Shown: positions 1-56,043 of the stretch, piece after piece
How positions within the stretch are numbered: the first letter of the stretch is position 1
How the letters are laid out: every line of letters begins with the position of its first letter
Assembly (NCBI GenBank): GCA_012295275.1
Contig: CM022670.1
Location: 22,382,001-22,446,000 of the forward strand
DNA: 64,000 nucleotides
Origin: Chrysomallon squamiferum
Lineage: Eukaryota; Animalia; Mollusca
Direction: 5' to 3'
Notes under the pieces: model-generated
Database searches by the model: none
Seen by the model: the letters and a program-made list of their open reading frames with translations, nothing else
What the model was told of the DNA's origin: nothing
Made by a program: the position numbers and the translations under genes

Positions 1-387
1 CAGTTTTCTGTGTTTTAAGGACTTCAAAATAGTTATGATAGTTGCTATTATTTTTAAATTTTGTTCAGTTTTGTTTCTTATAATTTGGTATTTTTCTAAA
101 TCGAAACAGACTTCAGACTATAATGTAAGTGTGTTTTATAAAACTATTCTGTTGTTTGATTAGTATTAAAAATCTATTCAGGTTTGCAAAATGATTACAT
201 TTTACAAGTATGCTTCCTTATGTGATATATTACAGTAATTCCATTTGCAACAAACAATCTTATATTTGATACTAAAACCACATTAATTTAAATAGGAAAC
301 TCATTTAGAAATTTAAAAACTATGCAGAACAAATAGTTTTAAACTGTAAGATTAAAATATGCTGAACATTTATATAAGTTTTCATTT

Positions 388-550
388 TATGATTATTATT
401 ATAATTTTTCTTCTTCTTCTTCTTCTTCTTCTTCTTATTATTATTATGATTATTATGATGATTATGATTATGATTAGATTATGATTATGATTATGATTAT
501 GATTATGATTATGATTATGATTATTATTATGATTATTATTATTATTATTA
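388..550. repeat. Compound microsatellite (TTC)n(TTA)n(TTATGA)n
   Basis: Directly visible. Confidence 0.95.
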
Positions 551-3324
551 GCAACGAACATTGAAAAAAAAAAGGGCCTAACTTGTTACTCTGTTCTGAC
601 AAAGGCAGCGAGATTTCTTTTTATAGGAGGTACCTTTTTTCATTCTCTATAAATTTTGGATTCCATATATTTTATACCAAAACGTTAGTTAGTGTGGAAT
701 AATACTTGTACACTTTCTTCTTATGATTTATATATTAAGCAGAGTTTATTGTTTGAACATTGGCAACTACAGTTAGCATTTGCTTCAGTGTTCTTTGCAA
801 TGCTTGTGTGTACAGCGATTTGCATGGTTCATGGATATTTTCCATGGCGATAGGTGTACATTTTGATGAAGTGGAGTAACACCATGCTTTAAGTTTTATT
901 GTGGCAATAGTGGAATAAAAGACCCTTACGATGTATTACGCCAATTTGTCGTTTGCAGTTTAATGGATCATTTCTTACAATTGCGATAGGAAGGACGCTC
1001 ATTATGCGGTTTTAACAAGTCCCCGTATCATGCAGTCGTTACAGTTTAGGTTTGATAGTGTGATACAGTCACATTAAAACAAATAAGATGTAATCCATAT
1101 CATTTAAATAGAATTGCTAATATTTCAAGTATTTCTTTTTCTTCTTAACTGGACGATCAGCGAACATAAAAAAAAAATCGCAAAATTGAAATAAATCGAG
1201 AATTAATGAATTGTAATACTACAAACTGAGAATTATCATCAGTTTCATTAGCAAATCAGCTTTCAAATCATGCGCATAGAAATCGATCACTTGTCTAAAA
1301 TTATCGACCGTTTTGACCATTATAAACTCTTCAGAATTTTAAAATGATCCTCCTTTATCTAATCCAGTAAATTAAAACCGTGACTACATATTAGTCTGTT
1401 GTTTATTTTTACGAAGAGTAAATCGTTAAATTGGCAGATATTTTTTATTTTAACCTCTCGTCTACATCAGTTTTCCAATGTTTTTAAAAACATTCTTTTC
1501 TCTTCTTCTTTTTTAGATATATATATATATATATATATGACAGGAAACATTATGATTATTTCGTTCCACTCAAAATCAAAATACATCTATCGACATATCA
1601 CTGGTATTTTGTAACCCTTAACCTTCACTTGCTGTTCTGTATTTTAATATTCGTTCCTCACGGCTGTGTTAAATCTGTCCCTACCTCAAATTGTTATTTA
1701 GTTTTGAGTATACTTGTTTCTCCAGAGCAACGATTTAAAGCATTCAAAAAGTTCAATGTGGTATTACAAACAATACTTTTTAACCACAACTAGACTGTTG
1801 TCTTGTTTGATAGTAGTTAATTTATTTAGTTATACAGTTCGTTTTTAATAACATCTCGTTTTCAAAGCAGCATTGTTATACATTCTTACTTAGATATAGT
1901 AAGTTTATTATTACATTTACTGTTGTTGTTATTATGAATATTATTACGTCTGCTGTTGTTGTTATCACTATCATTGTCATTGTTATTATTATTATTATTA
2001 ATTAATCGAAAAGCATCATTCAGCATACGTACTTACATTTCGTTCAGTCACAGGTGTAGATTTTTAAAAACTATATTTTTATTTATTTACTTATTTTACG
2101 TATAATTCACAAACTACGGGGAAGAAAAAAAAAGTCTTTTTTGAATCAAAAATATGTTATTTTCAACAATGCAATTTAACAATTAGTGCTTCTCAGAAAT
2201 GATTAAAGTCGGTGTGTATTTGCGCCCATTCGTTTTCATTTTATATTAGTGTATATTTAACTAGTAACACTAAAAGTAAAATGTAACGTAAAAGGTTTTT
2301 AATTTGTGTCATACATTCATACATACATACATTCATGCATACACTGGTAATAATTAATTACTATATTTATTTCTTTAAAATAGTTTGATAATTAATAATG
2401 TAATTAACTTCTTATTAATGTTTTCATACTTAATATCACGACTTTAGTATATGCTTAATTTAGATGTAGAGCTCGTGGTGGTGGTTGTAGTGGTGGTGGT
2501 AGTATGGGATTAGATGACGGGATACATGTCTTTAGTGTTTAGTGTTTTAGAATGAAAATTAAACGGTTGTAGGAGTTAGTTTCTCTTTGTTTATTTTTTC
2601 ATTTTTCAGACTGGTTTCACTGACATAATTCGACTATCACATTATGAAAATATGTTTTTATTCTTTAATGTAGACTTTATTTCATTTTTTATTTTTTATT
2701 TTTATTTTTATTTTTTTCATTGTTTTGAAAAGCATCTCTGCATTGTTAGGTCGAAATTATTTGTAATTACAAACTGAAAAATAGGGTATTTTAATTTCCA
2801 GGTAATATTTATTAATGTTGTGATTTTTCTATATTTTTTTTTTTTTTAATTTGAGTACCTTCATGTTTTACCTACTTAACATTTTTGTATAAATGTTTGT
2901 GATGAAATAATTTAATGAAATAATTTAATATTTGCGAATAGGGTTGAAAAAGAAATGCAATGCTTTTGCTTGTAAACAAATGTATGATAATAAATACGTT
3001 TTATATTTCTAAGTATTCTGTTTGTAATTATTGGTTCTTTGAGGAGTATTTTTTGTTTGTTTTAAACTCATTTATGCTCCTTTATTTTTGTTTTGAATTT
3101 TACTTTACTTATTTTAATTAAAACAGTTATTTTCTCTTTTAAGAAATATTTTTAGCTTAGTTTATTCTAAGTTCTTTAATGAATCATTCTTCAGACGTGT
3201 GTGTGCGTGTGTGTGTATATGTGTGTGTTTGTGTGTGTGTACCTATGAAACAAACAAAATAATGGCTTAAATACGTTCTCTGTATTTCCATTTACCTGTA
3301 CCTAATAAAACTTTTCTACAGAAA

Positions 3325-3356
<32 letters not shown>

Positions 3357-6300
3357 AAAGATTTCTCTTAATTTCAAGAAAGCCATCATGTGCTCTTCGC
3401 AAAACTGCATATTAATGTGTTTAGTGTGTCCTTACATAAAACATTTCTTGTTTCTAAAACTGTTCAATATAGAAAATACAAAATGATCTTTCAAGCAGAA
3501 TTATAAACGATTTTTATGTCAAGTGCCGATTTAATATTTTTCGATTTATCGCGATGAACTAAAATATCAATAAATTATTCAGTGAAAAAGAACACACACA
3601 CACACACACACACGCATCGCCATTGACGTCGAATTACTTCCGTTTTATTTGCGAATTAAAAAAATTAAAAAGGAAGGAAAAAAGATTATGACGTCAACAA
3701 CAGAAACAGTTCGTCATTCATTGTTTACTAGGTAGGTCACAAAATGGAAGGTCTTCGAGTACCTGTATAATAATTAGAAATACCAAGCTTTCTATATCAT
3801 TCAGTGAGCACATTAATTTAAATTTTATTTTAATTTATTTTGCACGTTATTTGTGATCATCATAAGGAGAGTCAGTGATTCGGGTAATCATGTAAAGAAA
3901 TATTTTTGTAAATTTATCGGTTATTTTGAACTTACATTTATTGGTCAACCACTTTCATTCTGGGAGCACGTAACAGAAACATTCAAAGAAATTCCACAGT
4001 GAATCTGCATAACCAGACAATAAAAATAAGATAAATAAAAAGTTAAAGTGATAATTATCATACAATTTTATACTAATTTACTGACATCCTCACCGTCCCC
4101 AGACGTAGGCCATATACATCACACTAGTAGTCACAAAGTATAAGACTTAGACGATAAAAACAGTGAGCTGAGTTTTCTTTACATTTGTTTGAAAAACGTC
4201 GGTGTTCCATTTGCAGTGTAGAGAACATAAGTCACTGCAAAAGACACACACAAAAAACAAAACAAAATAAAACAATAAACCCCCAACTTATAATGTCTTA
4301 TGTTATCGTGAATAAACTAGTTTTTCATAATATTGTAATAATACCCAAATAACTAGAATAAAAAAAAAGGAGTATTTTTCTGTTTTTTTGTTTTTTGTTG
4401 CAGGACTTTTGTAATCGAAGCAAATTTCTTCACCTCAAACCGTTGACACAACGGTGAGATATACAAAAAATTATTCTCTAATTATCTAGTTTCTAAAAAC
4501 CAGCTGTAAAGTGTTGTTTTTATTATGTTTTTTTTTTTTCATTGAGATCTCACCCTCATCTCCTTTCAGTAAAACAGTCTGCTAATTATTAATGAATATT
4601 CAAACAAAAGCTTTAAGTAATACGAGTTTTATTAACCATTTTTTTTTTTTTTTTTTTTTTTGTCTTTGAACAAATATTCGTTTGGAATACAAACGTTTTC
4701 CGAGACGCCACAAAAAAAAAAAAAAAAAAAAATCAGATGAATATCGTTCTATTGGAATCCACTGCTTGAAATTCAGGAAAGAAATTTCACCTGAAACTAA
4801 AAGTTGTATTTGTTTTCTTACATTAATTCTAATAATGTTTAAACAGGTTTTTTTAATTCGTAAGAAGTGTCGAAGTAATCAGTCATAAATTACGATCAAG
4901 TAATAACAAGAACGAAAAGGGAAGAAAGAATATTTTTAATCTAGAATGTACATGACATCAAACATCTGACTAAGAAGCATACGTATAATGAAAGAGGGAA
5001 ATCATTTTAGCAGTAATGTATCTTTTATGTAGACCCTCCCACAGACCGGAAACCGCGTACGTATAATACGTAATAGACGAAATATGAAAAATGAATAAAA
5101 TAAAATTTATTACAATTTGTCACAATTAACAGCACTTGATTTTTAACAAGCAGATTGCATTTTATTTTCTTGATAGTCTTATACATTATGTTAGCTATTT
5201 TATTTTCATTGATTTTAAAAGAAGAGTACATAAAGACGTCCGAAAAGCGTTTGACAAACAAAATCTGTACAAAGAAGGAAGATATCTTTAGATCAAATAA
5301 AACTACATTTCGCGGAAATATTATATCGTTCCTACGGTCTTGGAAAAGATCCATCCTGTAATGAAGTCAAAAGGTCGGACGTAAATGCTCAACAGTTCAA
5401 AAATCTTAAAACGGCGAGCTTTTCTTGTAAGCAATACTCGTATCTTCTGACATTTGACAGATGTTTTATAAATCCTAGAAAATCCCGTTTAGAGCTGGGT
5501 AAGAAAAGAATATATAAAAACGTAAGAATTACACATAGACCAGACTGAGGGCGCATTGAGTGTTGCATTTTTCTCCCAATTGTTTTTTTCTTCATTACAA
5601 CGACATTTATTTCATCTTGAAAATTATTTCAAGAGATACCACCCTCTTTTCAGAACCCTTTTCAAGAATATTAATAATGTATTTTGATTTATAGTCAAAA
5701 ACAACAACAACAATAATAATATACTATATACGATATTATTGTCGTTCTATAATCTGACCCCAGAGCACTTTTCTTTCTTTTAAAACTGTTCTCTTTATTC
5801 TAATACATTTTATAATGTTTTTCTTCTACCAACTATTTTTTTTTTTTTTTTTTAACTTTTTAAAAATTATTGTTATTTTATTTGTGTGAACAGTTATTAT
5901 TTTACCCATTCTAAGTCACAAAATCGGATTGTTGTAATTTATATCGAAATGAACTGAAAAATTAAGTCATTCCAGCCACAAGCCACTTTTAGCTGCTTGA
6001 AATATTTTTATGTCTTCTCCTAATCCAGCTTTAATTCGCAATTGGCGGAATTCCAATGTTAACCAAAACTCAGTTTGCATTCAGCTTATTCACTGATCCA
6101 CGACTTAATGCTGATTTGATAAAAAAAAAAAAAATGTCACGGAGTATGTGTTGTTTGAATCCGAAACATCAACAGTATATTTTAATTATACTCGTTGTCG
6201 AATGTACTTGTTCTCCTATTGTCGAAGCTTATACTGATATAGAATAGTGTAATACTAGGTATTCCAAAGTGACAACAAAATCTCTGAAATATGTCTTGAT

Positions 6301-6499
6301 GAGGTAGCTTAAGACAGTTTTCAACTGTTAATATTTTTATTTTTTGATTATTATTATTACTATTATTATTTTTGTTTGTTTGTTTGTTGTTGATTTTTTT
6401 TTTTTTTTTTTGATTATTTAGAAAAAAAATGTACACCGATGCAAAGTTGAAGTCGTTTACTTTCATTCTGAACGTTGAAATGTTTCAATACTCAAGGTT

Positions 6500-6670
6500 T
6501 TGTATGGTGGTTTTTTTTTATGAATTACTGAAACTATGTGCTGTGGAAAAGCTTTCAAATTCTTGGTCAGTTTCTTCAGAACAGGATCGAATAACGAGTA
6601 AGCTGAGACTGGCCGAGCTATATCTCATACACACGGACATCATCAAACGTAATAATACCGAACGAGTTTT
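6500..6670 (+). mobile_element. Possible degenerate hAT transposase C-terminal (dimerisation domain) remnant
   Basis: Translation ELLKLCAVEKLS...RITSKLRLAELYLIHTDII loosely matches the hAT consensus C..ERSFS.L...RSTM...RL..LAL..IH.DI. The surrounding 6000-7100 sequence is non-genic and CpG-rich. Weak match only. Confidence 0.3.
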
Positions 6671-8487
6671 CTTTATATATAAGCTTATTTTCTATGTATC
6701 GATATTTAGGTTTGGATTAATCCGCATCCAGATTTTTATTCCGTCATTTCTTAATGGCGGCCTGTGACACTGGCGGATTCGGACATTTTTAAAGAACGCT
6801 AAGCAAATATTGGCTATATCGTCCTTAGATGTTGATCGTTTACTTTCTTAAGCTTGACATTTGTAATGAGACAACTCAATGAAGTGACAGAGAATATACG
6901 ACATTGTTCTTCTTCGATCCCTCATGTAATATTTTCAACAGGTTATCTTGCGTTCTGCATATTTGAGGAACGAAGTCTGAACTTAGTAACTTTTAAAATC
7001 AACATTTGAAAGACTTATTTCTGATTTTAAATGGTGCTCGATGACCTCCAAATTAAGACCGATGTGCTTGCTGTTCTGATTGCTTCCTCCTGACGGTTTA
7101 CTATGAAACAGTCACTGATGTGACAAATTTATAATATTATAATATAACAAGTAAAAATTAATACAAAAATAATTAAAAGAAAAAAAAAAAAAAAGATATA
7201 TATATATTTAATTGTTTTTTTTTATATACATTTTATTGTGTTTGTTTGTTTATTTATTTATATTTTTATTTATTTTGTTTGTTTGGTTGTTTTTTAAGAT
7301 GCACAGACTTATGTAACCAGTGATTACTTCGATAATGCATACGTATATTAATATTACTGAAGAAGCTAGATAATTTACAAAGATATAAGGCTTTAAAAAA
7401 GCCTGGACCTGGATATATTCTTCTCTTTTTCTTTTTAAATAATGTAACAGCAGATATAATCATTTGTACAGTCAGTTATAACTTGTTTACTAGGACAAGA
7501 AGAATATAACGCATGTTAACACAACATTAAATGGATATTGAATGAATCGTGCTATTGTTTTGTAACTTCTTGTTTATGCCCATATATTTCAGTTCATTGT
7601 TATACTTTTGTTGTTGCTTTAAATTGATACCACGGTGCATTATGCACAATTTGATACCAGGAACCCGTTTCTAGGTGAACTAATAACACCAATACATGTG
7701 TTTTCGTAAGGCATGAAAAAAGTTACCTTTGTTCAATTTTTGACATGTTATAACTGATAAGTTTTATGACCCACTTTCTTCTTTGCTTTGAAGGTGACAT
7801 AACCGAGAAAAAAAAAAAATAGTTCAATAAAAAAAAAATTGTATAAAAGTACAATAAAAACCTGTAAAATAAAAAGTTTTTGAATATAATGTATCAAAGC
7901 TGTGTAGTAAATCTTCAGCTTTATGTAATTTTTCGAAACTTTTATTTATATCGTTTTTTGAAAATATGTATTCATAAAATCATGGAATTTTATTTTTTAT
8001 TATTGTTATTATTATTGTTGTTGTTTTGTTTTATTTTTGTCATCGTAGGAAAATATTTTCGGTACCAGTGTTCTAAGAAATGATATCTATTTTGTTAATC
8101 TGTATAATGTAGTATTTCGTATAAATATGTACGATTATGTATATGTGTACCTCTTTTATTATATCTGTGTATATGTGTGTGTGTGTTTTTGTTTGTGTGT
8201 GTGTGTAGCTAGTTCTTTCGTTCTCAATGAGCACATCCCAGCCGCAATCAGTATCACACGAAATAATTATTGAATATCGCGATATATTATTTTGGTGTCA
8301 GTGGGAAGGTATTATATGTAAATTATCTGTTGTTGTTAATCAAGAACAGGACGCCATATGTCTGACACTTATTAGTTCATAATGTTAAAATATGTCATAA
8401 AGTATTCGTTGATTAATTCATTATATTCCTAGGATAAATTTAATGAAATGTGCAACAAATATAACATTAAAGTAATAATATTTTTTT

Positions 8488-8491
<4 letters not shown>

Positions 8492-8567
<76 letters not shown>
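8492..8567. repeat. (GA)n microsatellite
   Basis: Directly visible; a second (GA)n lies at 9369-9433, so the two tracts bracket PLPP exon 1. Confidence 0.97.
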
Positions 8568-8568
<1 letters not shown>

Positions 8569-8937
8569 GCAAAACATACACACGCACACACATTCTCAGC
8601 CTAATCGTTTAGCCTCTCACCTATGGGACTAATTACGTTTCTACCAAAGTGTAACAGTGTTTTCTCAAAAACTTACTTTAATGCGAATATCTAAATATTT
8701 CATATTTTAATTTTATTTCATATTCGAATTCGATAGAGCGTCACAGGAGAAATCAGACTGAATGTCACAGTTTGTTCACAGTTTCCGTCCACTTGTTAGT
8801 GACGTGAGCGCACTGCGCAAAACCAGTCAACAACTTGGATCCGTTTGACAAAAACGAGCAGACGACACTGGTTTGTTTAGCTGTACAAATATCTCTTAGG
8901 GATAAAGTCAAGACATTTCAGCAGAGATTAACACATA

Positions 8938-21199
<12,262 letters not shown>

Positions 21200-21769
21200 C
21201 TGATATATTACATTCACCCAAAGCGTTCGAGATTCCAGTTTTTATATCCAAATATCCAAATGTCACTAGTAAACCAGAGATAGAAAAGTATCATATATAA
21301 CTGTGAAAATCATTCTTTTTGAATTATAATTATCCAAAATAGGGAGAATAGTTGGAAATCAGTAAACATAGAAACATTTTAGAAATTGAAGTGTATATCC
21401 AGATGAATCTCTCACAGAAAGCAGTTCAGAATGAAAACTTAAAAATAATCATCTATTACAGGAACACATTATGATACTTGACAGGAATAGAATATCGTCC
21501 TTAAATAGCGGCTGGAAATTTGTAATGTTTGTGAATACTAGTGTTTATATCGCTTGGTTACGCGTTGTGAAAAAACAAACATTTAAAGAAAATGATATCA
21601 GAATAGAATGATATTTGATACTAACATTATCTGATCTTCTGTTTTAAACAAGATATGGACAAAATTATATTTATGGAGTATTCTAGTAGATAATTAGTAG
21701 CGGTCAGTTCAGTGATAGTTTCGAAGGAGACATGAAATGTTATCTTAATAGTCACAACTATTTAGCTAG

Positions 21770-21808
<39 letters not shown>

Positions 21809-22575
21809 TAACTTTAATTTAATTTGTAAATACATTCCATTAAAAGATATAGTTTAAATAAACTTCACATCATTCATATTAGCAGATTCACGTCATATTA
21901 GGTCAGCGTTTTTAAATATATGTTTTTACTATAGTAACAAAATACAGGGAAAAAATAAAAAGTTAACAGGTACGCACAAAATCATTGCAATAATCAAACA
22001 CAACATTTTGTATCATATTTGTATTCATATAAAGAAACAATTACAAGCAAGAGATACTTTAAACTGATGTTTGCAAGGAATTAAAATGTATTAAAATTCG
22101 TGTATATAATTACATGTAGCAGATAGCCTAGGCATATGTAGAATTGATGAGCAAAAAAAAAAAAAAAGAGATGTGGTATGGACATTTTAAACTAACTCTA
22201 ACATTTATCAGTATTTAAATCATTGAACAAACTGGTCCTAAAAATGTACTTATCTTCTGTATTATATCATTGTTTTATTTCTGTTAGCGACCCTCTTGTC
22301 AATCTATCTTGCATTCCTTGATAATTATTGTGACAGACGAAGACGATATTTGTAACTGTTTTAACTACGCGAGGAATTTTGCTTAATACTGAAATGTTTG
22401 ATGGTCAATATTCACTAGAACAAACTTGTTCTCGATAGCCTTATTTTCTGTATTACATCACTGATGTATTTTCATTAAAGACTGCCTTGTCGATCTGTCA
22501 TGTATTACGCGATAATTATGGCGATAGTGAGACGAAGCACTACACGGGGAATACGTTACATTTCCCGAGCATAGA

Positions 22576-22697
22576 TATTGTTTTTATTATCTATTATTAT
22601 TAAAATTAAAAGTTTAATTATTGTTATTGTTATTGTTAGTATTATCATTATCATTATAAAATTATTACTATTATTATTATTATTTATTGTTATTAAA

Positions 22698-22747
<50 letters not shown>
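22576..22747. repeat. (ATT)n microsatellite/low-complexity tract
   Basis: Directly visible. Confidence 0.9.
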
Positions 22748-23281
22748 GTTAGTTTGTGTTATGTAAGCTCTAATGTTTGTAGTGTTGTAAATTTAGCGTA
22801 GTAATAATAAACTTTTCAAGAAACTGAAATTTTGTTCATTGTCATTTAACATTATGAAGAGATTTAAAACAAGAACAACAACAAAACTGTCAATGTACAT
22901 GCATACTAATTTAAAGAATGCTTAACTTTATTTATTTAAAAGATCAGAAGAGACATTAAGAACTGGTTACTATGAACATGTTATAAATGAAACCGTTTAA
23001 AGAGATAAATCTTGATTTTGTTGTCTTAGTTGAAAGAATCAGCTAAGTGACAAAATAACAAGCACTAAGCCACATCTAATTTTTCTACATTCACTGGGAC
23101 CGTGGCGTTTACTGTAATAGCAATGTAAGTGCCAGTATTTCACATAAATCACTGATAGGGTTTATAATTTTCCTCGTTAGCTAATGATATATATCTTTGG
23201 GCGGGATTAAGAAAGCTGTTATGTATATAGCACAATTTCAGTTAATAAAGTTCAATTGCGCTTAAGAGTGTTGTTTTAAAG

Positions 23282-23402
23282 CCAGTAGCGTGGTGTGGAT
23301 TTTGTGCAGCACTGTGCCAGATTTAGGCGCACGCCCCTCCGATCACATGACGCACACGAATATATGTAGAATTTCCTATTCTTATTTGATTGGTAATGCA
23401 AG

Positions 23403-23433
<31 letters not shown>

Positions 23434-23501
23434 TTAGTGTAAATCGTCAATATCGGTATGAGGCATTTGCCTCATTTGCCTCAATGCAGTTACGGCCATT
23501 G
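23282..23501 (-). mobile_element. Possible terminus of a non-autonomous hAT-like element
   Basis: The minus strand from 23501 reads CAATGGCCGTAACTGCATTGAGGCAAATGAGGCAAATGCCTCA, i.e. a CA.(T/G)GCCGTA-type terminus with subterminal direct and inverted TGAGGCA motifs. The partner TIR and an 8-bp TSD were not found. Confidence 0.3.
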
Positions 23502-25688
23502 ATATGCTAATTATTTAAGTAACAAAGAAAAGTTATTTCAGGATAAAGTAATATTTTACTAATCTGCTTTCAGGAGGCAACACTTTAATCACAAAATGTA
23601 TACTATCATATCACAGTTTATTTCACTGCACAAAAAATACGGCTCTAGATTTGAGAATCCTGAACAGTACAAGGCTTCCTTTCATCAAAATAAATTTTCG
23701 TTATTCTGAATATTCATGTGATAAAAAAAAAAAAATTGTTTTAATTAATTCCACTTTTAATAAGTCCATTTTATATATATAAAACAAAATAATTTAAATA
23801 TATCGTTCATATTTCCATCTTGGGAGGGTACAAAAACACCCAACTATTGACTAGCGGGTATAAAACGCTAATTACGTATGTCTTATTTTTCTTGTTAATA
23901 AATTAATTATTTAATTAAGTTTTTAATAAAATCAAACCAGATGACTTTTCCAATATCTTCCTCGTTGAAAATATTAACAATATCAGCAATTTTTCTAGAA
24001 ACTTGTAAGGTTTTATTGTGGAGAAAATGCTGCCTACATACTGGGCCTACTAATGCTGTTGCATGGGAATGGAAAACTTAAAACAATCAGTGATATTTAA
24101 AACCTTAATAATACCACAGGCATATATTTATCAAGAACAAATACAAAATTATCAATAATTAATAAACTTGCTAGTACACAGAACAAGCCAAAAACACAAA
24201 TTACAAAATAATTATCAAGAACCATCATATGGCTTCTAATTATAATAAATAAATAATATTTGACCTGTAATGCCATTCTTAAACATGGATTTGTGACTGG
24301 TGAATGTTGATTTTGACATCATTACTCTCAGTCATTTTAATCCATACATTTTCAATTAAATATCTATCATACAGAAAATATTTAAGTCAACACTGTATCA
24401 TTACTTTAAAAAGTTTATTATCGACCAGCATGTATCATCAAAAATACTTATAAACAGATGCAATAAATTAAACAATTCTCAGTTTTTTTTAAAGTTGTAT
24501 TACAGTTTTAACTTTTTCATAATTTTCAAAGACAAAGCAGATAAATAATAATTAAAATAATAATAATAAAAATTCCAGTTAGTTACATCCTGAATTGTTG
24601 TTGATTTTCCATCAAATAATAAAATAGGAGGTTTGAAGAAATGTGTAGGCAAGCACATACTTTGAAAAAGCCAGAATTTATTAGTTAACATTGTTTTATA
24701 AATATCACCTTCTAATACACACATTTTAACATATTTTTAAAAAACTGTTTGCTACTTCTCATTACTTTGAATAGATCTACAATAACTATTAATTGTTAAA
24801 TCAGTTATAAATATGATTTTCATTTGCAATCTATAAACAACTGTCTACCAAATCTGTAAACCAGAAAATACTGGTAATCACAGTATTAACTAATGCAGCA
24901 AGGCTATACAAACTAGCTGATGAATTTTCATTATATTCCAATCACAATGAAATTGTGTGATTAATTAGTTCATAGATTTCACTCAGTTTTAACTGTTTTT
25001 AAGTTTACATTGTATGATCTGGTTTTAATGCTTCTTGAAACAAAATTTAAATTGCTAGTTATAATACTTCTAGCTTCAATTTAATGAACTGTGTTAGCTT
25101 ACCAACACCATTTTTGTGTTTTCTAATATTAATCAAATCGTAAAATCAGCAAATTGTTAACTGAATCATTTTTATAATGAAATTTTGAAAACTGTACTTG
25201 AAAATATAATCTGTCTCAACTTTTTCAAAAAAATAAATTTAAAAGCTAATATTAAGCGTTGCTCCAAATGTAATTTGGATAATTAGATAACACAGTATAG
25301 GTCAACTACAAATTTAGAGTACATGTATGTGGTTATTGACTTAACAGACAGTTGTCTGGAAACATTGCTATTACTTAAAAACAGAAAAAATGTCACACAC
25401 AGAATGTGGCTTGATTACAAACTAATTACATTGCATACCTTCTTCTGTTTACACTAAATACATTTATTACTTGAATGAAATAAAAATTTTGCATTTTGCC
25501 TTTTCTTATTTTTAAAAACATTTTGGTGACCACTAAAATGAAAAGTACATCCTCCCTTCACAATCAACCAGTTTGCAATGAAATGAAAATAAACAGAATT
25601 GAAGGGTATGGCTGAAACCTCTGAATCTTTCATTTCAGAACAATGTCAGATACAAAACAAATCCTTTTTTAATTTTTTTTTAAAGATA

Positions 25689-31495
<5,807 letters not shown>

Positions 31496-33144
31496 TTTTG
31501 TTTTGCTTTCTCACTGATTTCCTCCGTTAACAAAAAAGCATCTAACAATAAAGGAAGGCTAAAACTAAATTGTACCAACAAACTTTTCATTGGAATAGTC
31601 GACTTTTTGTGCTAAATACAGTTTCCAAAACTGTTAAATTTCAAAAATATAATGTAATAATTTTTTTTTAAATTAATAGAAATAGAAATAAAAATAGATA
31701 ATAAATATTAGTATTATTTATTTGTCTAACATTTTCTACCTGAAATACTGTCTAGTTAGCATCATAATCTATAAAATATTTTCATAATTCATTCTTGGTA
31801 TTACCACATCACTTGATTTAACGGATGAACCTACTCTGATTTATATTTCGGGGTATGTGACTTATGACCGCTGAATGTTAGCATTTACAACCTCACGCTA
31901 TTTTTATCTCTGTTTTACCATGACTCAAAACGTTTTAACCAATGAATATATATAAAACACTGACTGATAGTAAATTATGACTATAGAATGTATAATACCC
32001 AAATGTGATTAACAACAACAACAACAACAAAATAATAATAAATAAATAAAAAGGAGAAACAAATAGAATTTATTATTGTTAGTGTTGTTCTAGATATATC
32101 GAGAAAATTAAATGCAATTTTGTAAAATAACATACAGCCCTAAGCCTTGCTGTAAGATATTAAACGTTTGTCCTTATAAAACTAACTCAAGCGATAACAG
32201 AATTTGAATGAGTGAATGGTTTACGCCTGTTACGAATAAGCTGTTTAAGATGTCACAGATAAATAACTGACATAGTTTTCAACTCATATACAATATTTTG
32301 ATGAAAATTAATTTACTCAATATCTAAATGAATTGGTATATGTGAAATTAAAACGTTAAGGAAAAACGCCAATCACGACATTCAGTGGACAGACCTTTAC
32401 ACCATTTTATAAACAAAATATGATACGTGAACACAAGTAAATCGGCTTAACTACAATGATTTACAAATATATATATAAAAAAAGCACTAAAACCTATCAG
32501 TATATATTTAACGTGTTTAAATTAGATAGGTGCAGGTATCCATATATGAAATAGTACAGTTATGAATAGAGTTCAGTCTCATCTTTCTATGTAAGCCTAT
32601 ATCGTTTTCATTTAAGTTATCACAGCTTGAATTGTCGTTTGATATTAATGAATTATTATTATATTAATCATTTATTAATTATTCAAAATTTAATTTTAAA
32701 AATTATTATTTCAAAAATTCTGTCAAAACAACAGTAATTTCAAGAACAACAGTAATGATTACAATCAACAGCGTAATTAATGGCTAAATGGAATTATCCC
32801 CCGCGTGCATATTATGAGATATATATGCACCGGTAACGGACAAACAGCTGTTTTGTTGTGCCAAAAATGCATCTCCCGGCATTAAAGTTATCTCTATTAG
32901 TGTGAAAAAAAATTTACATTTTATAAAAAAATGTACATAAGATGTATACTTCATGTTTTATTATATAACTGAAATTTGACTTCGAAATGATTTTTGCTGA
33001 TAATTTGCTGCATTCTACTTGGTCACGTGATTTCCAGCATGGCGGATGATAACTTATCGGCTTCTAGATTTTATTTGTAAGGTGTGACAGCAGCGTAGTA
33101 TATGTAATGCAATTTTACTTAGTCATTTCTGAATCTCAGAATTC
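31496..33144. promoter_or_regulatory. Divergent promoter region shared by COPS5 (-) and ARFGEF (+)
   Basis: 1.65 kb between opposed start codons with locally restored CpG content. E-box GGTCACGTGA at 33021-33030 and YY1-like CATGGCGG at 33038-33045. TSS positions unknown. Confidence 0.7.

Positions 33145-56043
<22,899 letters not shown>

Noticed and set aside
35-124. Short hydrophobic ORF ending at a GTAAGT donor as an alternative coding first exon
   Set aside because: Phase 0 does not fit PLPP exon 2 (phase 1), and joins through 4404-4453 hit stops; kept only as a possible UTR exon.
5025-5595. Cluster of overlapping short ORFs in CpG-rich sequence
   Set aside because: No motifs or exon structure; possibly old repeat DNA but unassignable by eye.
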